64,000 bases of DNA, taken from positions 14,712 through 78,711 of the forward strand of contig CAZHCS010000001.1 of NCBI GenBank assembly GCA_964531475.1, in the 5' to 3' direction. Shown here piece by piece: positions 42,784 to 51,169 of this stretch (the first letter of the stretch is position 1; every line of letters begins with the position of its first letter). The notes under the pieces are model-generated. The model was not told where the DNA came from. It ran no database searches and saw nothing but the letters and a program-made list of their open reading frames with translations. The DNA is from an uncultured Candidatus Saccharibacteria bacterium (lineage in GTDB: Bacteria; Patescibacteriota; Minisyncoccia; Phycocordibacterales; CSBR16-119). A program made the translations under genes and the position numbers.

Positions 42784-43776
42784 GTGCGTATGGTTGAATC
42801 AAACATCATTTTGCCGTCGAAGCCGAGACTTGTCTCCGAAGAGGGGAATAAAGGCGTTTACGAAATCGACAATCTGTACCCTGGCTATGGTCACACCCTG
42901 GGTAATTCGCTCCGCCGCATAATTCTTTCGTCGCTTCCGGGCGCCGCTATTACGAGCTTGAAAATCGACGGAGTCGATCATGAGTTCGCTGTTATGGATG
43001 GCGTCAAGGAAGACGTTTTGAATATCATATTGAACCTCAAGAAAATCCGTTTCAAAGTCGCGACCAGTGAACCTCAGATGGTCACTCTAAAATGGAAAGG
43101 TGTCGGCACCGTCAAGGCAAGCGATATCGAAGTTCCAGGCCAGGTTGAAGTTTTGACTCCAGACCAGTACATTTGTGAAGTCACGGACAAGAAAACCGAA
43201 ATCACGATGGAGATCTATATACAAAAAGGTCTAGGTTATGTTTCCAAAGAAGACATCCAAAAAGAAAAAATGTCGATCGGCCATATCGCAGTCGACGCTA
43301 TATTTACACCTGTTCGTCGCGTAGCTTACGAGGTTGAAAACATGCGCGTTGGTGATTCGACAAACTACAACCGCTTGCGTGTCTCTGTCGAAACTGACGG
43401 AACATACACACCTCGTGAAGCAGTTGAGCGTGCAATCGAGATCATGATACTCCAGCTCCAGTCTATTCACGATTTCAAAGGTCTTGATGAGAAGCCACAG
43501 GAACTAATTGACGCTGTCGAGCAGGAGATCAAAGACGTTCAGGGAGAAAAAGAATCCGCAGAAGGTGAAGACGAAAAAGAAATTATGAAAACTCGTATCG
43601 AGGACCTTAATCTCTCGACTCGCACCCTAAACGCTCTCACAAATGCTAAAATCCGCACTGTCGGAGGCATTGCTAGAAAGTCGGCTGACGACTTGCTAGC
43701 GGTGGACGGCATGGGCGACAAGGGACTTCAGGAAATCAAGAGGACCTTGAGTAATTTTGGAATTCTGCTAAAGTAG
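42784..43776 (+). CDS. rpoA: DNA-directed RNA polymerase subunit alpha
   Basis: Alpha-NTD ([23 protein letters not shown]) and alpha-CTD ([23 protein letters not shown]). Confidence 0.9.
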   Translation: [330 protein letters not shown]

Positions 43777-43796
43777 GGCAACTGTAATAAACCAGT

Positions 43797-44153
43797 ATGA
43801 GACATCACGATAACAAGCGAAAATTTGGAAGGACCAGGAACGTGCGGAACGCGCTCATCAAGAGCTTGGCTCTTTCGCTTGTAATCCACGGCCGAATCCA
43901 GACGACCGAAGCCAAAGCCAAAGAACTTCGTCCGTTTATCGAGAAATTGGTCACTCGTGCCAAGTCCGGCACGTTGGCTGATCGCCGCACGATCGTTTCT
44001 CGCCTTATGAACCGCGCTCCGGAGACAAAGATTTTGGTCGAAGAAGTGGCTCCTAAATTCAAAGACGTTGCTGGAGGTTACACTCGCATCATGAAGCTCC
44101 CTCCGCGAAAGTCTGACGGAGCCAAGATGGCGCTTATAGAATTTGTAAAATAA
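43797..44153 (+). CDS. rplQ: 50S ribosomal protein L17
   Basis: MRHHDNKRKFGRTRNVRNALIKSLA... Confidence 0.9.
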   Translation: MRHHDNKRKFGRTRNVRNALIKSLALSLVIHGRIQTTEAKAKELRPFIEKLVTRAKSGTLADRRTIVSRLMNRAPETKILVEEVAPKFKDVAGGYTRIMKLPPRKSDGAKMALIEFVK

Positions 44154-44154
44154 T

Positions 44155-44499
44155 ATGCAGTACGTCATCGATGCAACTAACAAGAAATTGGGACGAGTCG
44201 CACAGGAAGCGGCTAGCATTCTCATGGGCAAGAACGATGCTTCGTTTGAGCGCCAGACCCTTTCTTCCAACAAGGTCGTAATTGAAAACGCTTCGAAAGC
44301 TGACATTTCTGACTCAAAGAAAGAAAATGTCGAATACGAGCGATACTCTGGATATCCAGGCGGTCTCGTCTACGAAAAGATGAAGCGCACGATCGAAAAG
44401 AAAGGGTACGCAGAAGTTTTCCGTTATGCAGTCATGGGTATGCTACCGGCCAATCGTATCGCCGACAAGATGATGAAGAATTTAACTGTCAAAGAATAA
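44155..44499 (+). CDS. rplM: 50S ribosomal protein L13
   Basis: YVIDATNKKLGRVAQEAASILMGK. Confidence 0.85.
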   Translation: MQYVIDATNKKLGRVAQEAASILMGKNDASFERQTLSSNKVVIENASKADISDSKKENVEYERYSGYPGGLVYEKMKRTIEKKGYAEVFRYAVMGMLPANRIADKMMKNLTVKE

Positions 44500-44500
44500 T

Positions 44501-44908
44501 ATGTCCGCTACTAAAGAACGATATTTTGAAGCCGTTGGACGCAGGAAAACTGCGACTGCTCGCGTACGCATCACACCGGCCGCCAAGGCGTCTTTCATCG
44601 TCAACGACAAGCTCTTGACCGAGTATTTCTCTGTCACTGACTTGCATGACATTGCTGGTGAAGCTTTTGCCAAGCACAAGCTCGACAAGAAGTTCGCTGT
44701 CACGGCGAAAGTAATGGGCGGAGGCATCAATGCTCAGGCCGAAGCGATTCGTCTTGGCATTACACGTGCTCTCGTCAAATTCGACGCCGAGCTCCGCAGC
44801 CCGCTCAAAAAGCTAGGACTCTTGAAGCGCGATCCGCGCGCTCGCGAACGCCGCAAGGCTGGTCTCGCGCAAGCTGCTCGAAAGAGGAAGCAGTGGAGCA
44901 AGCGTTAG
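44501..44908 (+). CDS. rpsI: 30S ribosomal protein S9
   Basis: GGGINAQAEAIRLGITRALV and the C-terminal RKAGLAQAARKRKQWSKR. Confidence 0.9.
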   Translation: MSATKERYFEAVGRRKTATARVRITPAAKASFIVNDKLLTEYFSVTDLHDIAGEAFAKHKLDKKFAVTAKVMGGGINAQAEAIRLGITRALVKFDAELRSPLKKLGLLKRDPRARERRKAGLAQAARKRKQWSKR

Positions 44909-44954
44909 TCCTGCGAAGCCTTGGCGAAGAAGGATTAACGAAATATTCACAAAA

Positions 44955-44975
44955 AGCCCCGCGAGGGGCTTTTTG
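44955..44975 (+). terminator. intrinsic terminator after rpsI
   Basis: AGCCCC-gcga-GGGGCT followed by TTTT. Confidence 0.7.
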
Positions 44976-45023
44976 CTTGACGCATTTAGGTAATTAAGGT
45001 AAGTTGGGCAAAACCTTACAACC

Positions 45024-45557
45024 ATGGGACTTTTCAGCTTTCTAGCTACTGAACGTAGACAAAAGAGTAAACAGGCTGCTCTTGAAACGCAGTGGGAGAA
45101 GAACAGTGAATACATCCATCGGATCATCGATGGTCACTATCATTTGGCCTCGGAAATCTCCGAAGAAGAAAAGGCAATGTCGAAAAAGTCTTTCGATGCT
45201 TGGATGAGAAAGGAGTATGAAAGTTGGCAAGCCGTTCCCCGGCAGACACACCAAAGGAGAATGGAGGCAATTGAAGAAAACCTTCCGAACAACTTTATGT
45301 GGAAGGAGTGGAGAGAAGGTGAAGTTCTTGAAGAAGTGTTTCTCAATGCTTTCACTGAGCCGTTCCCTTCGACCCATGATATGCCTGAGTGGGCAGTTTC
45401 TACGAAGGTCGCCGATCTACTGATCTTGAAGGACGTCTCGATCAGGGATTCTACGAACTATCGTGTGAAGATCAGGCATCACTATGTGAACCACAACATG
45501 ATCAAGGGGATCATCCAGTTCGATCTCTATAAGCTGGAGACTTACGCGAATAATTGA
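45024..45557 (+). CDS. hypothetical protein
   Basis: 177-aa ORF bracketed by two terminators. No recognised motif. Confidence 0.45.
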   Translation: MGLFSFLATERRQKSKQAALETQWEKNSEYIHRIIDGHYHLASEISEEEKAMSKKSFDAWMRKEYESWQAVPRQTHQRRMEAIEENLPNNFMWKEWREGEVLEEVFLNAFTEPFPSTHDMPEWAVSTKVADLLILKDVSIRDSTNYRVKIRHHYVNHNMIKGIIQFDLYKLETYANN

Positions 45558-45573
45558 CCTCACCAAGGTTGAA

Positions 45574-45598
45574 GGCGCTCCGCACGGGGCGCCTTTTT
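45574..45598 (+). terminator. intrinsic terminator
   Basis: GGCGCTCC-gcac-GGGGCGCC followed by TTTTT. Confidence 0.65.
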
Positions 45599-45657
45599 CG
45601 TTTCTTAATACCTAATACTTACTACTTACTATTTACTTCGTGCTAAAATAAAAATCT

Positions 45658-47328
45658 ATGACCCAAGCTGAAGCTCTCCAAATCCTCAAAACCGGCGCCA
45701 ACGTTTTCCTGACCGGTGCGCCGGGTGCGGGCAAGACGTATGTGCTCAATCAGTACATCAAGTACTTGAAAGAACATGACATTCCCGTTGCGGTTACGGC
45801 TTCGACCGGTATCGCCGCAACGCACATTGGCGGCGTGACAATACATTCGTGGTCGGGTATTGGCGCGCGCGACAGTATTTCCGATATAGAGGCCGACGCT
45901 CTCGAAGGCAAGCATTACCTCTGGAAGCGTTACGAAAAAACTAAAGTCCTCGTCATCGACGAGATATCCATGCTCTCGGCCGGGCTTCTGGATGCCGTCA
46001 ATAAAGTTTGTCGTGGGTTCAAAAGAAATACGGCACCTTTTGGAGGAATGCAGGTGGTTTTTGTTGGCGACTTTTTTCAGCTTCCGCCGATTACAAAAAA
46101 AGGCGACGAACCAAAATTCGCGTTTGAGTCCGAGGCCTGGAAAGAAACCAATCCGCTCGTGCTCTACATCACCGAACAGCACCGCCAAGAAGACGATACA
46201 CTTTTGTCTGTTCTCGATCGTATTCGTCGTGGCGACATAGAAGACGAATTCGTCGACCTATACGACCGCCTAAACGTCGAGCTGCCCGACACGACGCGCG
46301 CCACGCGGCTCTTTACGCACAATGTCGACGTCGACGGGCTCAATGCCGAAGAGCTAGACAAACTAGACGACGAAGAGCGTTACTACGAAATGGAAACGGA
46401 GGGCAAAGAAAATCATGTCGAGCGACTCATCGCTTCATGTCTTTCGCCCGAACAACTGTGTCTCAAGCGCGGAGCCGTTGTCATGTGCACGAAGAATAAT
46501 TTTGACAAAGGTTTCGTCAACGGTACGCTCGGCGAAGTGACCGATTTTGAAGACGATACAGATTTTCCTATCATCACTACCAACGACGGTCGGCAGATTG
46601 TAATCGAGCCCGACGAGTGGGCGATCCAAGACGGCGATAAACGGCTGGCGGTTATTCGCCAAGTGCCGCTTCGTCTTGCCTGGGCTATTACCGTACACAA
46701 GAGTCAGGGCATGAGCCTCGATGCTGCGCAGATTGACCTCGGGCGCGCGTTCGAATTCGGCCAGGGTTATGTCGCGCTATCGCGAGTGCGGACGCTCGCG
46801 GGCCTCTCGCTCCTTGGGTTCAACGCAAATGCATTGATGGTTCATCCGAAAGTCATGCAGGAAGACGCTCGCTTGCGCAAAAAATCCGAAGACATCGCGG
46901 CGTATCTGGGCACAAAGAGTGAAGAAGACATGAAAAAATCCCACGAAGAATTCATAACTCGTGTTGGCGGCTCGATCGACGTTATCGACCTGGCCGCGCG
47001 GGAAGCCGAAGATGAACGCATTTCAACTTTTGAAAAAACAAAGCGCATATTACTCGAAGGCAAATCTATTGCCGAGATCGCAACAGAGCGCGGCCTGACC
47101 GACCAAACGGTTATCGACCACTTGGAAACGCTCGTCGACAAAGGTCTCATTTCCGTCGACAAGCTTGATCACATCCGTCCCAAGACGCGCGCTTTTGCCG
47201 ACCTGGTAGCGACATTTCAATCCGTTTACGACGCAACAGGGGAGACGAACCTCGCGCCGGTCAAACGCAAGGCTCCAAAAGCCTCGTACCGCGACATTCA
47301 ATTGGCCCGCATTTTCCTGAATAAATAA
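45658..47328 (+). CDS. PIF1/RecD-like ATP-dependent DNA helicase with a C-terminal HTH domain
   Basis: Walker A GAPGAGKT, PIF1 signature VVFVGDFFQLPPI, Walker B VLVIDEISM. The C-terminal ILLEGKSIAEIATERGLTDQTVIDHLETLV is HTH-like. Confidence 0.7.
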   Translation: MTQAEALQILKTGANVFLTGAPGAGKTYVLNQYIKYLKEHDIPVAVTASTGIAATHIGGVTIHSWSGIGARDSISDIEADALEGKHYLWKRYEKTKVLVIDEISMLSAGLLDAVNKVCRGFKRNTAPFGGMQVVFVGDFFQLPPITKKGDEPKFAFESEAWKETNPLVLYITEQHRQEDDTLLSVLDRIRRGDIEDEFVDLYDRLNVELPDTTRATRLFTHNVDVDGLNAEELDKLDDEERYYEMETEGKENHVERLIASCLSPEQLCLKRGAVVMCTKNNFDKGFVNGTLGEVTDFEDDTDFPIITTNDGRQIVIEPDEWAIQDGDKRLAVIRQVPLRLAWAITVHKSQGMSLDAAQIDLGRAFEFGQGYVALSRVRTLAGLSLLGFNANALMVHPKVMQEDARLRKKSEDIAAYLGTKSEEDMKKSHEEFITRVGGSIDVIDLAAREAEDERISTFEKTKRILLEGKSIAEIATERGLTDQTVIDHLETLVDKGLISVDKLDHIRPKTRAFADLVATFQSVYDATGETNLAPVKRKAPKASYRDIQLARIFLNK

Positions 47329-47409
47329 GGGTTTTCCACAGGCCATTGACATTTGGTTATTCTTTGTTGTATAATCTGGACAAAACCTGCACCCCAAAAA
47401 CGCTACACC

Positions 47410-48201
47410 ATGAAAAATGCGACAATTGCCCTGTTGCTACTGGCGCTGTGCGCGCCAGTGAACACTTCGGCTCAGATCGTGTTCGGTCTGTCGTCTGCGC
47501 AAAATGCCGATTGTACGAACAAGGGTTCGATCAATCTTTCCGTCGTCCCTCAGGTCGGCGGATCGTACGCGATCAACCTTTTCTCAAGCGGCTTCCTGAC
47601 GCAGATCAATGGCACCGAGTCGATCGTCGACTCGACGCTCGAGATGCTGCCAGGTACTGTTACCGGCAATGCCACGTTCTATGACAGCCTTGGCATGTGG
47701 GCCGCGAGCTACCAAGTGATCCCGCTCATCGTCTCGCAAACGTGTGTTGTAACTGTCGCCTGCGAAGGCAACGCGACCGTTATCCATCCGTCGAACGGAG
47801 AGGTGACGTTCCATGTCAACGGTGAAGTTTTCGAGGGCGAAGAAGATCTCGAGCTCACAGTTGATACAGCGAACGTCCAAGTCTACACCGGTTATGGGGT
47901 CCAAGTGTTCTCACAAACAGTGTACGACACCTGCGGCACCACGACCGGCACGCCCGAGCGGCCCGAACGCCCTGCGCCGACAGTCTTTCCGAATCCAGCG
48001 ACAGACGGCTCCGTGACCATCCTGGCCGAAGGCTACGATGAGTACGCGATCTACGACGTGCTCGGCGAGCTGCGTCAGAGCGCCCGCTTCGAAATGAGTG
48101 GGAAAGCGATCATCGATCTGCGAGGCTTTCCGAGCGGTCGTTACATCGCGCATGTGTCGTCGGCAACGGCGCATCACATTATCCGCTTCGTGGTCTTGTA
48201 G
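47410..48201 (+). CDS. secreted protein with SprB-like repeat and T9SS-type C-terminal sorting domain (Bacteroidota-type)
   Basis: Signal peptide MKNATIALLLLALCAPVNTSAQ. CTNKGSINL...GGSYAINL resembles an SprB repeat. The C-terminal VFPNPATDGSVTI...IDLRGFPSGRYIAHV resembles the Por secretion tail. GC-richer. Confidence 0.55.
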   Translation: MKNATIALLLLALCAPVNTSAQIVFGLSSAQNADCTNKGSINLSVVPQVGGSYAINLFSSGFLTQINGTESIVDSTLEMLPGTVTGNATFYDSLGMWAASYQVIPLIVSQTCVVTVACEGNATVIHPSNGEVTFHVNGEVFEGEEDLELTVDTANVQVYTGYGVQVFSQTVYDTCGTTTGTPERPERPAPTVFPNPATDGSVTILAEGYDEYAIYDVLGELRQSARFEMSGKAIIDLRGFPSGRYIAHVSSATAHHIIRFVVL

Positions 48202-48310
48202 CTACCTACATCTTGCAAGCCGTCCTCTTAGAGGGCGGCTTGTTTGCTTGTGATTGACTTTTCACACTCGGGAGCGCAAGATGATCTTGGACCAACTAAA
48301 ACCCTGCTCC

Positions 48311-49393
48311 ATGAAAATTTTTTCCTTCCTCGCGATGCTCGCGACGCCTTTTCTGGCCTTTGGCCAAACAGTGAACTGGATGCCGTACGAACGCCCTGGC
48401 GATTGTGCTGGTAATGGTACCGGGATCATCTACGACTTGTGGGACCCGGATGGCATTATCCTAAACCCTGCTACCGCGTATATCGTGAGCTACTACGGTG
48501 CTGGCGATTCGCTTGGCCTACCGATCGACACCTTTGGGCTTGTCACTGGTGAATTCCATGACTCGATTCCATTGCCATCGATCAATATCTCGACGCACAA
48601 TGTCGACTCTAGCCATCGTGCGACCGTGTACTACCAATACTTCGAGTGGATGATCATGGCTGCTGTGGACTGGCAGCAATCGATATTTGTCGACTCGCTT
48701 ACGATGGAGTGCGACATAGTCGAAGTCTGTCACGGCGACTCTGTACAGACGAATGGCGGCGTCGGTGTGTGGTTCCAGAATATGGCGCCGCTTGGCGTCG
48801 GAACGTCAGTCGATATTTCTGACACCGGCACTGTAGTGCTTGTTCCCGAACTTCTCTACACGGGCCGATATGACAACTGGACACCCATCATGCAATTTGT
48901 CGATCCGACTTGGGCTTCGGCAGCTGTCATGCACACCTGTGACAACCAGCATACCGGAGCTATTATGGTGTTGCCTGATGGAACCTCTCCATACGTTTAT
49001 AGTCTAAACGGCGTAAACAGCAATTTCCCCGTGTTTCCTGGATTGGATGCCGGTACCTATGTTGTAAGCGTTAGCGACTCAGACGGATGCAATATCGAAT
49101 TCGAAGAGATCGTGCTCGATACGTGTGATGTAATTACGAGCATCTCGGAAAATGTCGTTACCGAAAATCCGAAGCTCTACCCGAACCCAGCGAGCGATAT
49201 CGTTTACGTTATCGTCGAAAGCTTTAGTTCTTACGAGCTACACGATTACGCGGGACGAATCGTTGCATCTGGCACACTCGCGGAAGGGAAGAATGTTCTC
49301 GAGGTATCGACTCTTGCAGCTGGCGCGTACCGCGTGCTGCTTCGGTCGAGCGATGGGCGCACATCTCCTGCTACGTTTGTGGTCGCGAGGTGA
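48311..49393 (+). CDS. secreted protein with SprB-like repeats and T9SS-type C-terminal sorting domain
   Basis: Signal peptide MKIFSFLAMLATPFLAFGQ. CDNQHTGAIMVLPDGTSPYVYSLNG...LDAGTYVVSVSDSDGC is a good SprB-repeat match. The C-terminal LYPNPASDIVYV...STLAAGAYRVLL is CTD-like. Confidence 0.6.
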   Translation: MKIFSFLAMLATPFLAFGQTVNWMPYERPGDCAGNGTGIIYDLWDPDGIILNPATAYIVSYYGAGDSLGLPIDTFGLVTGEFHDSIPLPSINISTHNVDSSHRATVYYQYFEWMIMAAVDWQQSIFVDSLTMECDIVEVCHGDSVQTNGGVGVWFQNMAPLGVGTSVDISDTGTVVLVPELLYTGRYDNWTPIMQFVDPTWASAAVMHTCDNQHTGAIMVLPDGTSPYVYSLNGVNSNFPVFPGLDAGTYVVSVSDSDGCNIEFEEIVLDTCDVITSISENVVTENPKLYPNPASDIVYVIVESFSSYELHDYAGRIVASGTLAEGKNVLEVSTLAAGAYRVLLRSSDGRTSPATFVVAR

Positions 49394-49519
49394 GGTGAAC
49401 TTTCAAAGAGAGGCGGCGCGGGCAAAGCCCGCGCCGCTTTTTCTATCCCAAGCATCAGACATTGACAAGAAACAATAAAGATGATAAAGTACCATACAAA
49501 CCTACGTAAAAAACGTACC

Positions 49520-49918
49520 ATGAAAAAAGCAGGCCTTGTGGCACTTCTCATTGTTCTCTGCAGCTTCGGCTCGCAGTCCGACGCATCAGACCTCATCCAA
49601 AAGCGAATCACAGCTGGCGAGCGCTTTCTGTCGTTATTCGACTCGATACCGCGTTTGCGAGACAATTCCACAGAGGGTATCTATGCCATGCATTACGCTC
49701 GTGTAGTTAGTTATGCCATTGATAGCTTTGACGAAGCCATTCCTCAAGCGCGTCTCTGTGAAGAAATGAGTCGGGTGGAATGCCTGTCGCCCGAGCAGAG
49801 CAAGATGCTGAAAGAGCAGACCAGTATCGTGTTGGGCGAGATGCAGAATGATCTCAACACGATGATGGCGTACACCGATTCACTCTCCCTGCTTGTCAGG
49901 ACTGCGAAGAAGAAGTAG
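49520..49918 (+). CDS. hypothetical secreted protein
   Basis: Signal peptide MKKAGLVALLIVLCSFGSQSDA. 132 aa from the internal ATG. Confidence 0.4.
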   Translation: MKKAGLVALLIVLCSFGSQSDASDLIQKRITAGERFLSLFDSIPRLRDNSTEGIYAMHYARVVSYAIDSFDEAIPQARLCEEMSRVECLSPEQSKMLKEQTSIVLGEMQNDLNTMMAYTDSLSLLVRTAKKK

Positions 49919-49963
49919 CTTGAGCGTACGAATAGCAAAGAGCGTCCTCCGGGACGCTCTTTT

Positions 49964-50482
49964 CTATTGCAGGCCGAAACTTTCGATTAGAGATTTCTCA
50001 GTAACGGGATCGATATGCTGCGTGACGACGATCATGATTTCGTCGTGGAGACCGAGATCGTTTTTAATATTAAGGAAGAGATGTTCGAAAGGGTATGGCG
50101 AGACCCAGACAGAATTTTTCATACAGAGAAATCCTGCTTTCTTGAGGATATAGCGGATTGAGTCGCGCTCGCTCTTGCGGCTCTCCGGCAGGTCGAGTAT
50201 AACCATGCGCCAAAAGCCATCCCAGCGCGTGTCGACGAGAGATTTCGGGTTCGAGAGCTTTATGGAGCGTAGTTTTTGGCGACCCTCGGGGGTGAGGCGG
50301 AGGAATGACGACTGCGCTGTTTCTAGTTCCTCGACCAAGCCGGCCTCGGAAAGGTTCTTGAGGCTCCTGGTCATAGCATAACGGTCTTTGGCCTCGGGAG
50401 GGGTCAAATTTTCGCGATTTACAGCCTTTTTGCCGGCCAATTTTTCCAATATTTCTTCTTGGATCTTGGACTTTCTTGACAT
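49964..50482 (-). CDS. PaaX-like winged-helix transcriptional regulator (paralog 1)
   Basis: N-terminal wHTH, then C-terminal WDGFWRMVILDLPESRKSERDSIRYILKKAGFLCMKNSVWVSPYP matching PaaX_C (WDGxW..V...P.....R...R..L...GFG....VW..P). Confidence 0.55.
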   Translation of the reverse strand: MSRKSKIQEEILEKLAGKKAVNRENLTPPEAKDRYAMTRSLKNLSEAGLVEELETAQSSFLRLTPEGRQKLRSIKLSNPKSLVDTRWDGFWRMVILDLPESRKSERDSIRYILKKAGFLCMKNSVWVSPYPFEHLFLNIKNDLGLHDEIMIVVTQHIDPVTEKSLIESFGLQ

Positions 50483-50515
50483 GCATAAAAACTAACATAT
50501 AATACGGCCATTAGC

Positions 50516-50568
50516 AAGTTTTCCACGGACGTGAAAAACTTGTCAAAATTATAAACATAGTCTATACT
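50516..50568 (+). promoter_or_regulatory. grpE promoter (TTGTCA-17-TATACT, leaderless) overlapped by a 12-bp inverted repeat AAGTTTTCCACG-ga-CGTGAAAAACTT
   Basis: -35 at 50540-50545 and -10 at 50563-50568; grpE ATG at 50575. The IR at 50516-50541 has one mismatch. No canonical CIRCE element. Confidence 0.5.
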
Positions 50569-50574
50569 TTAGCC

Positions 50575-51147
50575 ATGTTAGACAAAAATGATGATAATTT
50601 TGAACCCGAAATAGAGTTTACCCCGTCAAACGGGGCAGGCGAAGACGATGTCGAGGAGTATGTTGGGGATAAGCTGAAAAAGCTCCGGCAAGACCTGAAG
50701 GACGCCAAAGCCGAATCGACTAAAAATTTGGACGGCTGGCAGCGAGCTCTCGCCGACTATGCGAACCTCCAAAAGACCTCGAACGAGCAGCTCAAAGAGC
50801 TCAAGAATTATGTTCTCGAAGGTTTTGTCGAAGAACTTCTCCCGACACTCGATGCGTTCGACATGGCCATGAAGAACAAAGAGACCTGGGAGTCTGTTTC
50901 AGAAAATTGGCGCAAGGGAATCGAATACATCTACAGCCAGCTCAAAGGCGTGCTCGAAAATAACGGAGTTCAAGCGATAGAAAACGCTCACGAGAAGTTC
51001 AACCCGGACTTGCATCACGCGATCGAAGAAATAGAAACAGACGACGCATCAAAAGATCACACTATCTCAGAAATCGTTCAGAAAGGGTACAAGAGTCCAA
51101 AAGGAGTCATCCGTCCAGCGAAAGTAAAAATATTTATCAAAAAATAA
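50575..51147 (+). CDS. grpE: nucleotide exchange factor GrpE
   Basis: Coiled-coil N-terminus, then the GrpE core ([23 protein letters not shown]...[10 protein letters not shown]). Confidence 0.85.
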   Translation: MLDKNDDNFEPEIEFTPSNGAGEDDVEEYVGDKLKKLRQDLKDAKAESTKNLDGWQRALADYANLQKTSNEQLKELKNYVLEGFVEELLPTLDAFDMAMKNKETWESVSENWRKGIEYIYSQLKGVLENNGVQAIENAHEKFNPDLHHAIEEIETDDASKDHTISEIVQKGYKSPKGVIRPAKVKIFIKK

Positions 51148-51169
51148 TTATCAATCTAACAAAAACTAT

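Noticed and set aside
50483-50574. TTAGCAAGT upstream of grpE looked like the start of a CIRCE (TTAGCACTC-N9-GAGTGCTAA) element
   Set aside because: No GAGTGCTAA partner at the right spacing. The real symmetry there is a different 12-bp inverted repeat.
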